A DNA stretch of 64,000 nt from Tubulanus polymorphus (lineage: Eukaryota; Animalia; Nemertea). The notes beneath the pieces are model-generated. The model was not told the origin of the DNA. It did no database searches and saw only the letters and a program-made list of their open reading frames with translations. The translations under genes and the position numbers were made by a program. The stretch is from assembly GCF_964204645.1 (NCBI RefSeq), contig NC_134026.1, forward strand, positions 26,508,150-26,572,149, given 5' to 3'. Below, one piece after another: positions 12,401-23,200 of the stretch (position 1 is its first letter; each line of letters begins with the position of its first letter).

Positions 12401-12833
12401 CATGTACATTCATTAGTATACAGGTTGTTCAGTGTGTAAATCAAGTAGAATCAATCAGCTCAGAGTAGATCCATATTACATCATAACATCTAGATATACC
12501 TATTTGCATAAATTACAGAAAGTTCAGAAATGTTCATCGCTATGCAATGATGCGAAGCCGTCCACAAGCTGATAGTCTTTTAAATGATATGGACAATGAT
12601 CTTGATGACGATGATCCACCGTTGGATCCCAATCCAAGTATTCTCAATGACGATTCAGATGATGATCCCCTTGGTGAGTAAAATTAACCATTTGGAATTC
12701 GATGGTATAGATTTACAAAAAGTGGCTCAAAATTTCATTTCATTTTCCATTCTCAGTGGGTGAACCGACGTTGGTTATGATGACTGGTGCTGAAGTTGTA
12801 AATGATGAACAGAGAAATCAAGTTAATGTCTAA
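5210..12833 (+). CDS. SORCS: VPS10 domain-containing receptor, SorCS type (signal peptide, furin site, Vps10p propeller, 10CC, two PKD domains, TM, acidic tail)
   Basis: About 27 exons, e.g. 5210-5503, 5626-5693, 5781-5874, 5964-6119, 6199-6269 ... 9372-9559, 11204-11337 ... 12263-12392, 12519-12673, 12757-12833 (TAA). Motifs: furin RIRR; HNQALVQW..VIVLT..GNVTESTLWRSANYGTSF; FHPTKENWLLSYS; BNR boxes STDLGETW, TFDNGGNW, STDGGLTW, TCDEGKTW; CSLNLHL; VDQGGAIIAI; CTERDFECDFGY; PKD motifs YTWDFGDG and YAWTFGD; GIPTTA; TM YAAIYICVPILLAAIFVSALVVI. Confidence 0.93.
6439..6474. repeat. (TA)18 microsatellite in a SorCS intron
   Basis: Read directly from the sequence. Confidence 0.9.
9853..10794 (-). 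CDS. Intronless class A (rhodopsin-family) GPCR, GPR21/GPR52-like, nested antisense in SorCS intron 9560-11203
   Basis: 313 aa from the first ATG (10794; the track's start at 10824 is a TTG). Seven hydrophobic segments, N-glycosylation sequon NTT, TM2 NLALTDL, TM3 VSFDRY..RPFHY, TM6 FFTCWLPF and TM7 TWLAISNSFMNCIIYSL, which resembles GPR21/52 TWLAISNSFCNCVIYSL. Confidence 0.92.
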   Translation of the reverse strand: MTVNTTGLMCNTYGKPACTKCVPCMIIIFFITLFILVGTIFNFAVLISTKKLHNNTGCFLVNLALTDLGVGFVCLTTSLPYSLSGVYPASTQSVQVHGFFAQLFCAVSILTLGTVSFDRYMALSRPFHYLEIMSASRCMMINAANWLVNALILTTPFYGFGEYYYKPSTFASHFNFPMNYHIVLYSFGLQIIPGMILIIFSYYKIHKITRRHVHDISIITRHGGKPVKIGGGKAIKTIAVTVVMFFTCWLPFTIQQTILSFIGHNTTPMIFDFALTWLAISNSFMNCIIYSLTHRDYREGAKKLIRRVSIFKT

Positions 12834-13091
12834 GACAGTGATGGATCTGGCACGGATTTATTATATTTTTATAGTTTTATGTATATTTACTAATAGCAGA
12901 GAAATACCTGGTACATGTACATGTATTTCGGATGAGTTTGTGAGCTGGGTGCATTTCATAAATATTTGTGATTGCTTGCAACAGATTTGGGTTCATTGCT
13001 GAAGATTCTTCTCCTTACTGAGTACCTGTACCAGTCAACTGCGCTCAAGGGAAAACTCCAGTATCCGATCAACTTGGTCTGAATGCTGTAA

Positions 13092-13269
13092 TACAGTAGA
13101 ACCCGCTCAGCTCAGATCATTCAGGATCAATGGAATTCATCCAGTCTATGAGAAATCCGAATAAAACATCATATTTTACATATGTTTATGCATAGGTGGA
13201 CTGAACATGAAATCCAGATTAGATCAAAATCTGTAATAAACTGATCCGAATTAAGCGAGTTTGAACGTA
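13092..13269. mobile_element. Possible decayed Tc1/pogo-type MITE in the SorCS 3' UTR
   Basis: Starts TA-CAGTAGAACCCGCTCA and ends ttaagcgagtttgaacg-TA: an imperfect terminal inverted repeat with TA flanks. Confidence 0.4.
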
Positions 13270-13809
13270 GTCAGCTACTGAGTAAGGTGAAGTCTACTTT
13301 ATATGAGATCTTTTTAAATCTGGAATCAAAGTATGTAATTAAAATTCAAACAACTATGTCCATATTGTGAAAACTATTTATTCGGCTGATACATTCCATG
13401 ATTGTATTGTATAATTTTCATCTGTTTCCAGTCATTGCTTCTTAAGAAATCTTCAAGGCGAGTAACTTCGGGACCAAGTGCTATTTTCAAACTACTCATT
13501 CCTGTTTCATTAATGTGCTAATTATGTATTTAGAAATATTTTCTAAGGATTGTGTATAGGTTACTGGTATATTAAAATATTGTAAATATGTGACATATCA
13601 AAGTTAACTTGATCACCCTTCATGTTTTCAACAAACTGTTGTAAGAAAACAGCTATGTAATTTATAAAAAAAACTTATGAAGACTAATATGTTTATATAC
13701 ATGAGTACGAGTAGGTAATTCATACTGTCTATAAATTAGGAAATGTAAAATAACAAAATTTATTGTTAAATCTTTCAAAGTAGAAGTTGTGTTAAAAAAT
13801 ATCATGAAC

Positions 13810-13815
13810 AATAAA
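13810..13815 (+). terminator. Candidate polyadenylation signal for SorCS
   Basis: AATAAA followed by a T-rich tract, about 1 kb downstream of the stop. Confidence 0.4.
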
Positions 13816-14097
13816 CTGATCATCTTTTTTCATCTATCTAGATAAATTTGATTTCTTTATTTTTTATGTACCTGGGAGGTGTAAATTCAATTGGTTTTCT
13901 GTAGAATCCATTAACTCTTCAATCACTTGGTCACCTTTTTTCTGGATATAGAATATTACAACTTGCAACAAGTCGATTACATGTTCTTGCAACCGATGGA
14001 GACTAAGTCGCACACATTCGCTGGCAATCGCTTCACAACTGACCTACGCCCAGCTTACACGTACAACATATGCAACACATGTTTTAATCATAAACTG

Positions 14098-14103
14098 TTT
14101 ATT
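14098..14103 (-). terminator. Candidate polyadenylation signal for the MAVS-like gene
   Basis: tttatt on + (AATAAA on -), about 340 bp downstream of the stop. Confidence 0.4.
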
Positions 14104-14443
14104 AAATTAGAAGTGTTAACAAGAATAAGATCTTATTGCACTTCATATCACCGGAAAAGATCATATTGATCTGGCATTTAATTGAATCAATTACATTACA
14201 TGTCTGGCTTGCCACTGTGGAACTTTGTTAAAACATCGGATAATGATTTATCAGTTATCAAAAATCAAGAATTTCATCCCAAATATAAGATTTTGACAAT
14301 TTCATACTGGATATATAGAACTATCAGTTATAACATGAACTCCAAAACGAAAGAGCCCATGGTTATATCAAACATATTTTCTGGTCACCTGAAGATTGTT
14401 CTAACGAGGTTCCACTGTTACTGTTGTTTGACAATTGACTGCG

Positions 14444-16858
14444 TTAACTGTTTCTGAAAAACTTAAACAGAATCCCTGTACTAACTCCAATGATAGCAAT
14501 TATCCCACCAGCCACTACAGCTTGATTTCTGAATATGTTTCCTCTCTCATTATGACCATCATTTGATCCACGCCCAACAGAATTTGTGACAATTGAATGA
14601 TCAACATTGCAACTTTTTGGCACTTTATCATAGTCTTTTTGAGCAACATCACTCTCACTCATGAATTCACTGCCAGTATGGGATTTTTCAGCAGACATCA
14701 AACTATTTTCATTTTCTGTTGCTTTATCATCATTTTCTGGTTTGTCAGCGGATTGAGGGGATACGGATGCATCCTCAGATACATACGTATTTAAGCTGTT
14801 TTCATCACTAGCATTTGAGGTTTCAGTTGAAACCTCGTGCTCTTCAGTCTCTTTATAGATGCCACCTTGAACATTTTCTTTCCCACTTGCCTGGTTTTTC
14901 TCCATCTTTTTACCACCGGCATTATTGTCACCTGCTAATGTCTCAAGGATCTCTGATTCATTTAATGATGTTTCTGGCATACTCGAGTGATCCTCTAAAT
15001 TTTCATGTAGTCTACGTATATCATCTTTTGTTTTAGTTATCAGCATGTCAGCTGCCTTAGGTTTGACAATACCGGTACCTCCATTATACCTCTCTTCCTC
15101 AATAATATTCGGTTGTGCCCATGCTCTTTCCTCAGTTGTCAGGGATGTAGGTGGTAAGCATACGCTGGAGGTTTGAGAAACCTTACTTTGAACATGTTCC
15201 TGTAATGTTGGATCATTAGACTTTTTTGTAGGCAAACTTACACGAGCCACCTGCAAACTTTTCACAGTTGATGCCTCGCAATGTTCATTATCCTGGAATT
15301 CTGAAGGCAAACTTAACACTGCTTTCAATTTTTTTGGATCCATTGGTTGGTAATCTTCTATGTTATCTAATGACTGATTATTATTAAGTATTTTCTTCTC
15401 TGCTCTGGTAAGGGTCAAAGTTCTATTACCATTGTTGTTGAGGCTCAACACATTTTGATTTGAGTTCGCATCTGTGTTATTAGCTGAACTCATTGATTTA
15501 CCAGAAACATTCAAGGGATCATTTACTTGTTCTTGAACTGCATTTTGAGTCATGACTGACACATTCATAACATCATCAGCTACATCAGTCTGAAATATTT
15601 GAATTCAACATACACAAAGAAAGATAACATTTTGACACATTTTCTTCTTGTTTAATTCACCACGCTTAAAATGTACCTCATCAAATCTAATATTGTTTAT
15701 CCAATTGTAGCCATCTACAGTGCTTATATCATATAACACATCTAATCGCTGAATTGCGTACAAAGCTTGCAGTAATTCACCAAGTGTAGGCAGCTGAACA
15801 GATGACTGCCACAAGTCTAACATTGTCAAAGTAGGACTGAATTTTGCTGTGTTAGCGGCAGCAATGTCATCTGCTCCAAGACCTAAAAATACCAATTTCG
15901 TTAAATTGCATTCAAATTCATCCAAATTCTTGTTTTGATCAATTAATCACACAGCGCATTTACACTGAAATTTCTTGAACTGGAGGTATAAAGTACCTAA
16001 TTTTTCTGCAAGAAATTCCCAATTACGAGTGAGAGATTGTGCAGCACAATAATCCAAGCGCCTCAATTTTTCATTGACAAAACTCTTGTAAGGTATTTTG
16101 TGAAAAAGGGTATCAAGTGTTGCTTCCTTTAAGAGTTGTCTTGGCACAGTTGGGTGTTCCTGAAGTATGCAGGCAAAATATTCTCTGATCATATAGCAAT
16201 TAGATATGTTATGGGAAATCTGATTGCCCTGATTGAACAGGTCATAAGTATTCAGCTACATTTATTCTGAGTAAAACAAATGAATATCTACGAATATTAC
16301 CAATGGAATTTGTTCCGTTTGTGGTTCATTCGTTCTTCTATCTATAAGCATAAATAAAACCAAAAATAGGTGAACCCATCAAAGTTTAGTGTGTTTAATA
16401 CGTCAACTGCTTCATCTCTATGAAGAAAACTAACCCATCAGAATATCGGAAACTGAATTTAGTCTCATGTCTTCACTGTTCAAAACTGAGTCAAGCTGTG
16501 ACACCCCATTACTTTTACCATATAGTGATCTTAAAAAACTTGATAGTGCTTCGGTATTTCCATATCTGTCATAGTCACACATCACCTTCTCCTGAAGAAT
16601 TTCAAAAATGCACAGCCACATGTCAGAGATGCAAGATATTATTCAGGAATAGTTTAGTGTAGTTAAACTGACCATTTCTCAAGCTCTCACTCAGTTCTCA
16701 ATTCCTATACCATAACTTACCCATTCTTGACTTGTTAATACTTTACGAAATACTGTATTCTTTAAAAGACGAACATCTAGCTTCAAAGATATTTCATTTA
16801 TATGGCTTTCCATTCTTTTAATCCCCTGTTTATTTTGTTCGTATGTTTCAGAAGTCAT
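14444..16858 (-). CDS. MAVS: MAVS-like adaptor: CARD-like N-terminus, death domain, disordered linker, C-terminal TM tail anchor (616 aa)
   Basis: Six exons in consistent phase: 16858-16721, 16591-16435, 16341-16301, 16159-15997, 15882-15677, 15589-14444 (1851 nt). The death domain is clear (RNWEFLAEKLGLGADDI..SPTLTMLDLWQ..PTLGELLQALYAIQRLDVL). The N-terminal ~98 aa look CARD-like (EISLKLDVRLL..VLTSQEWEKV..GNTEALSSFLRSL). The protein ends AVVAGGIIAIIGVSTGILFKFFRNS*. The gene model is solid; MAVS orthology is inferred from architecture only. Confidence 0.65.
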
Positions 16859-17497
16859 TTTGTTTCTGCAATAAAAATAACGGTTCACAGAAGATTTTCT
16901 AATTAGTAGGCCTACTGGTACCGTACTTTCAGTTGCACAACACATGGCTCGGAATCATGCAATTTTGCGCCTTACCCTTTGATTGAAATTCCTGGTGACG
17001 CCGTAGTTAATTACCGAATCATTTGGACCTAGTAAGCTTTATTATCATCAGCTTTATGAAAATATCCGATCGTGAAACTAAACCACAGACAGGTTACATG
17101 GCCGGACATCGATGGCATGACGACCAGGCATGGTTTGATTAATGATTGATAACAAGGAAGCTGGTCAGCGAACAACTTCCATTTATTTGTCCTTCCTGGG
17201 CCTGGCCTATCCTTCCTTTTGGCCTTGGACCTTGCTTTTTTAATTTTTAGGCCTATCTACTTTTAGTATTACTAATTATTATTATTAGTCTCCTGCATTT
17301 TATGATTGAAAACTTAATCCCCAGCAGCAAATGTCTTATAAACTACATACCGGTACTGAATCTATCTAAGCCAAAGCATGAATAAATGGAGCGTAATAGT
17401 CGAGAATAGAAACACAGACTGATTGAATGATCGATGTTGGGTTTTTCCCTGGTCTCTGTACTCCCCGCATGCCACAGTAGGATAGTCAATTAGTATG

Positions 17498-17661
17498 AAA
17501 TCTTAACCGTCAAGTGCTGCCGCTTTACATAATGTTGACGGCGAATATGTGAACTAAACTATATACTCAGGCACCGCAGGAGGAATATTGATTAATGGTG
17601 TTAGTTTGCATGTTCACCGCTTAATGTTTTATATAGCGACAGCACTTCACGGTTAAGATTT
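17498..17661. repeat. Long imperfect inverted repeat (~60-bp arms) between the MAVS-like and STMND1-like genes
   Basis: aaatcttaaccgtcaagtgctgccgct..ggcgaatatgtgaactaa pairs with ttagtttgcatgttcaccgc..agcgacagcacttcacggttaagattt. Confidence 0.8.
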
Positions 17662-18748
17662 TACACCGTCGGCGGTCGTTATCATCACTCTTTCGGTGGA
17701 AAATCATTCCATTGTTTTATGTTTTATGGTTTGCGCAACTGGTTAGGATTTTTTGCAGTTACATGCATGTAAAACATTTGCAGAAAGTTACATTTCGCCA
17801 TTCGCTTTCCTCGGGCATCTTTTCCTCCCACTCCAGGTCACGGGGTATCGCCATTTGTTCTACCAAGAATTCAACCAAGACACCAAATGTGCGTGCGTTT
17901 AGAACGAAATAGAGCAATTTGAATATTATTTCATAAATGGTATTTTCCAAAAATGTACGAGCTACACAATGACTTGTACTATCTTTATCTTGATTTTAGT
18001 TGAAAATTCCTTGTTACATTTATATGCACGGTGGACCCGAAATCAGAATTCACCAATGAATTCGCACTGCAAATCGTCACGCAATTTAGGGGCCAATACA
18101 AAGTTGTGACCCTAAGAACCAAATGCTGTCTTTGCAAAAATGTTGATTTTGATGTACGGTAAATTCAATAAGCACCTAATGCCACGAGTAAAAGCAGATC
18201 TATGTGTTCCAAAATGTAAAAGGTATCGTGTTTTTGATCGAATAGAAGTGATGCAATTTGAGGTTGACTGTAGGATTTGTCGAGGTTGGTCTATGTGCAA
18301 GATTTGATGACGCACCAAGATTAAGGTCTGAGTGGCTTAAAAAAGGTCCAGCAAATGATTGCTTTTGGTCGAGTCTGACCAAAAGTAGTTCGTGTAACTA
18401 TAGCAGATCTGTAGCCCTAATTTCACCGATCCCGTATCATGCATGTTTATATTTGTTTATTTGTTTTGTCACAGATATGACGTAAACAGAGGACAATGTA
18501 GTACTACAGTCAACGTCATATCGACTGGCGGATCTGATATAAACAATCACACAATAACAGCGTCTATAGCAACCGTTAGTACTGGTCTGTTGGTAGACTA
18601 CCGGTATAAACATTGAATCTAGTGACGTAGGTATATCTGTGATCAAAACACCGCGACTAATCTCTACATGACAGTCAGACGCGTTTAACCATCCAGCCGG
18701 TACGGAACTTAGAAATACCAACTTAAGAAAAAGAAGCTATCCACCAAA

Positions 18749-20230
18749 ATGGGATGCAAGAACAGCAAAGCAGCGGCAGTCCGCACCGTGACCAGCGGCA
18801 CCCGAAAACGAGTCTCGCCGATGGATGATGTGACAACTCCACAAAAACAGACGATTGTAATCAATGACAAGAACACATCCTCGAAAAAATCTTTGAAAAA
18901 ACCTTTTTCTCGTGGTAATTCTGTCAACGGCTCAATGGATAGTATCCTGGATTTAGCTGATAATAACGATAGTGACAGATTCGGATCGGCTGGGTCGAAG
19001 AGATCAAAACAGAGCAACGATTCGGGTTTGGGGGATAATTATGCGCATTTCATCACTGAAAATTCAGATCCGAACCTTGTTAAACAAGTGGAATCTGATT
19101 TCCTCGAGAAAGATGATCTAGGTAAGTGTAGAAATGAACTTTATGCGAATGAAATATCTTTATCATTTACTATATTTGATTATCATCTATTTATTTGTAT
19201 GTATAATTGTATATTATGTTTATTGTATTGTATATGTTATAGAATTTAAATAAAACATTACACATTATTTTCTAACAGATTTATGTGTATCTGGCACGGC
19301 ATGTCCAAGATTACTGAGTGCGAAAGACAAAGAAAGACAAGAAGAACAACGTGTATTGGCGGCACTTAGAGAAGAGGGCCTCATAGCCAGGCCGAAATCG
19401 AGAGCCGTTGGGGGTCTAGCGTTCGAGATTACCGAGGACGAAACGGACACGTTTAAACGACCCCCTAGGCTGGCTAAATTAGAATTGAAGCGTCGTAAAA
19501 AGAAGAAAGTTCTCACAGAGGAGCAAATCAAGGAAAAATTAGAAAAAGCTGAAGAACGCAAAAAGGTAACGAGTTTTTTTCTAGTACGTCCCATATTTTC
19601 GATATACATTGTACGATATAATTCAGATCAGTTTGCCCTAATTTTCATTCTCAGTAAAAAAAACACCTCGAAAATACACAATTCTTTTCAATGCTTGCAG
19701 TATTTATAGTTTATTGAATATTTTGTAACCTACTTGAACGTGTGCGTTTTTGAAATTACATAGAGCCGGATCAATAGTTCGTTGTAAAATTTCACTCTAG
19801 AGTAGTTAGTTCATTCACAGTTATTCGAATCAGTCAAATCTTAATTAACAACCTTTGAACTGCTTATGAATCTCTAAATTTTTGTGTATAATCTATTGGC
19901 TGATTCTAACTATTTCAGCTAAAAGAAGCTGAGCGATTGGCGAGAATAAATCAGCTGGAAAAGAATACTAAAACTGCCTTAGACACTTTCGAACAATCGC
20001 AAAAGCAAAAGGAATACGAAACGCTGGAAGAACAACAAAAACGAATAGAAGTTGCGTTGGACAATCGTGAGAAAAAACTCAAAGCACTTCGTGAAAAATT
20101 GAGACGGAAGGCTGAACATGCAGAAACGGTACGCCAACGAAAAAAGCTCAACCTGGATACTGTTTCTGATTTGAATAATGCTGATGATGGCCTCGAATCA
20201 CAGCAGCAAACACCGAACGACAACCTATGA
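18749..20230 (+). CDS. STMND1: Stathmin domain-containing protein (STMND1/CCDC198-like), 323 aa
   Basis: Exons 18749-19121, 19279-19565, 19919-20230 are in phase. MGCKNSK myristoylation/palmitoylation N-terminus; LREEGLI..GGLAFEI..RPPRLAKLE..LTEEQIKEKLEKAEERKK stathmin-like motif; C-terminal coiled coil (ALDNREKKLKALREKLRRKAEHAETVRQRK). Confidence 0.8.
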
Positions 20231-23200
20231 TCTCAATAATATATATGCATAAGATACATGTATATGAATATAGAAATTATATATCAATAATATATATGAT
20301 TTATATGGACCTTTGTTTTAAAAGGTAGTTTATCTGTGATATTGATCCCATCTATTTTATGTGAATATCTACCTCAATAATACATATATACTCTCAGGCG
20401 CGCAATAGATGTTCGATTTAGGATGTAAAGTCAATTAGCATTGTTGTGACCACGATTCCACTGGTGGATTAATTGTTTATGACGAATTCATGAATGTTTA
20501 CTGCTATAAATATTAGCGGCAATTTAGTACATACCATACCCAAACCACGGACTAAGAGATTCTGTAATGGTGGTTTTAGTACGCACGAGTGAGTCGTGGT
20601 CTCTATATTTTGGTATAAAATAATCGGTAGTGCACATACAATTTTCAACGAATTAGTAAGCGGAAAATCCCCCAATAAGTCCGGATTGCGGGAATTTCTG
20701 CTTATTCTCGCACAGAAATTGCGTATTATCTCGACCTGTTCAGCGAGCTCTTACGATGCAGAATCGTAATTTGCAAAGCTTATGATCAAACGACTTTTTA
20801 AAAAGCATTTTTTTCAAAGATTCAGACATTTTCGCGATAGGATTCTCAAAATTTGAGAATTTATCACATTCAACAACAAGGAATGCTGTTTCGTATTTAA
20901 TTCGTTTGAGAAAAAAATTGAGATTTAATTTCGTTTCATACGTTGTTTCGTATAGTGTGATCCCTGTAAGCAAAGACCATAAGCTTGTTTTACTGTTATT
21001 TCGTTGTCATTTGTGGTTTTTCATCCGAAACATTTTTCGCGCTCGGCCTAGTGCCGCTAATAGGCTTGTTAATTTAGGCATTTCGTATTTCGTGGATGAA
21101 AAAGCATAAAGTCAACGGATCTAGATATTTACATGGAACCGTCATATACGACACGTCTCATGAACGGGTTTTTGTATGCTGGTCATTATAATTGTTGTAA
21201 ATAAATCGTTGGGTGCAATCGAACTGTGTAAGAAAGAATTCAATTGTTTTCAATAAAGTTAAAAATGAAAAGAGATCAGTTGATTTGGTAGATTTTCCTC
21301 ACAATTCCGCATACAGTGATTTATCAATCATTTTATGTTGATAACCCCTACGAGAAATAAAGCTTCCCACAGATAAAACGATAATTTTGGAACTTCCAGA
21401 GTTTTCTGCGAGTTTAGTTGTTTCTGATTCACCCCTGTGACATTTTTTCTCGAAAGAATTTGTAATTAGTCCCCTAGGTGCTTTCTTATGAACCCGATCC
21501 TGACGAGATTCTGGATATTTGAATTTTCTCTGACTCTCAACTACAATTACTATAGTACATGAAGCATCTATCTAGTCATTGAACTATGAATCTGACGAAG
21601 GATCCAAACCCAGAGGCCACCCATAGAGCAGTGCGTGCGCCAATAACCCATGATCAAATATGGCGGTTAAGCATCCCTTACCCATCTTTAGCGGCCGGCG
21701 ATTCAAGTCTTACAGATTTGGAGTCGCCAATTTTGATCAAGTTACATGAACTTATATAAATGTCAGTTCATAAATCCATTATTAAGGATAGGAATGACGC
21801 ATATGTCCTTTCGTCAGCAGTTTCAGAAAAAGGAAGGTTTTAGCAATTTAGGAAGTGGATATTTTGCTAATTTGCAATATCCTTGTAATCGCTATTTTTT
21901 TGCCCACATGAAATAATTTTTACAAGTATAGTTGCTAAAAGGCTAAGTCCAGCACGTTGTTGCTCATGAACACCTGTCATCAATCAGAATGAGCATATAT
22001 GCAAATTGCATTTACAGGAATAATGTCAGGTCTTATATGGCAAAATTATTAGGCTCTACATCTTCATGATATTTGCCTTGGCGCCAGCCTACAAATTCAT
22101 CGAAGAGTCCACTCAGAAGATGAGTTAGCTTTGTTCTGTAATTTCTTTTACAGGATAATTTGATTTCTTTAGAGCAAAGCGATGTCCCATGTGGTGAAGT
22201 AAGAGGTTTTGGTTTGTTTGTTATTGGTAAGTGCTGAAGTCTATTGGTAAGTCCTGAGTGATCAAAAATAGCAATCCTATTACTTTAACGATTACACTGC
22301 CTCTGACATGCTGAGCTATCTTGAGGTTATGCACATAACGTCACAGCACATTCGCTAACTGAATTAAAAAGTCACCAGTTGTGTGAATGATGATGACTCG
22401 AGGCTTTAGCAGAGGATAATGCATATCATGAGAGACTAACTGCTGAAGTATGGTAATGTATTTATGATTGTAATAGATGGCGGAGGTGTGTTATGTGTGA
22501 CTTGATGCTGTATAATGTGTTATATATAATGTATGCTATTGGCTATTATTAGCATAAATGCATCATATTTTCGGAAGTTATGTCCATGGTGTCTAAAGTT
22601 GAATGACAATATAAAATGTTGACTGCTTTAGATATGGTTTCGTTTTAATAAATCTCCAAATTTTTTTGCTTGAATTCTATTGTGGGATCTTTTTACTTAG
22701 CTACAATTTGAAATATTGACTCACTTAAGTAATGGTAATTTCAGGTTGATTTGATTATTGGCATCAGTGCATCGGAGCGCTGATGGCTATATCTGGCCTA
22801 TACAATATCTATATGGTCTTTTTGAATTATGCAAATATCAGAATAAAAATACATCTGGAAATTAAAATCAGGAAGAACTCTTTATCTTAAATAAAAGGCT
22901 ATCTTACGCTCTGGGACACATCTTGAAAGATGACTTTTTCAATTTACTGCGATCGTAAATTACAAATAGTGACAGGTGTTATGTTAGGTTATTTTCCGTA
23001 GGGAATTCTGAAGTAAAAAATATTTTTTTCAATCACCTGTTCCATACTAATTAGCCTTTAAGTTAATCAACGTTTTTAATTTCCTAACACTTTAGGTCAT
23101 ATCTATCAGTGCAACCTGTCATAATATGTAATGTAAACCTCGCGACAAATCCTTATGTTTTTATGAGATTTCTGCTTCATTTACTAATGAAATAAAAGAT

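Noticed and set aside
18709-20223. Minus-strand ORFs of 90-114 aa
   Set aside because: Antisense to the stathmin-domain exons.
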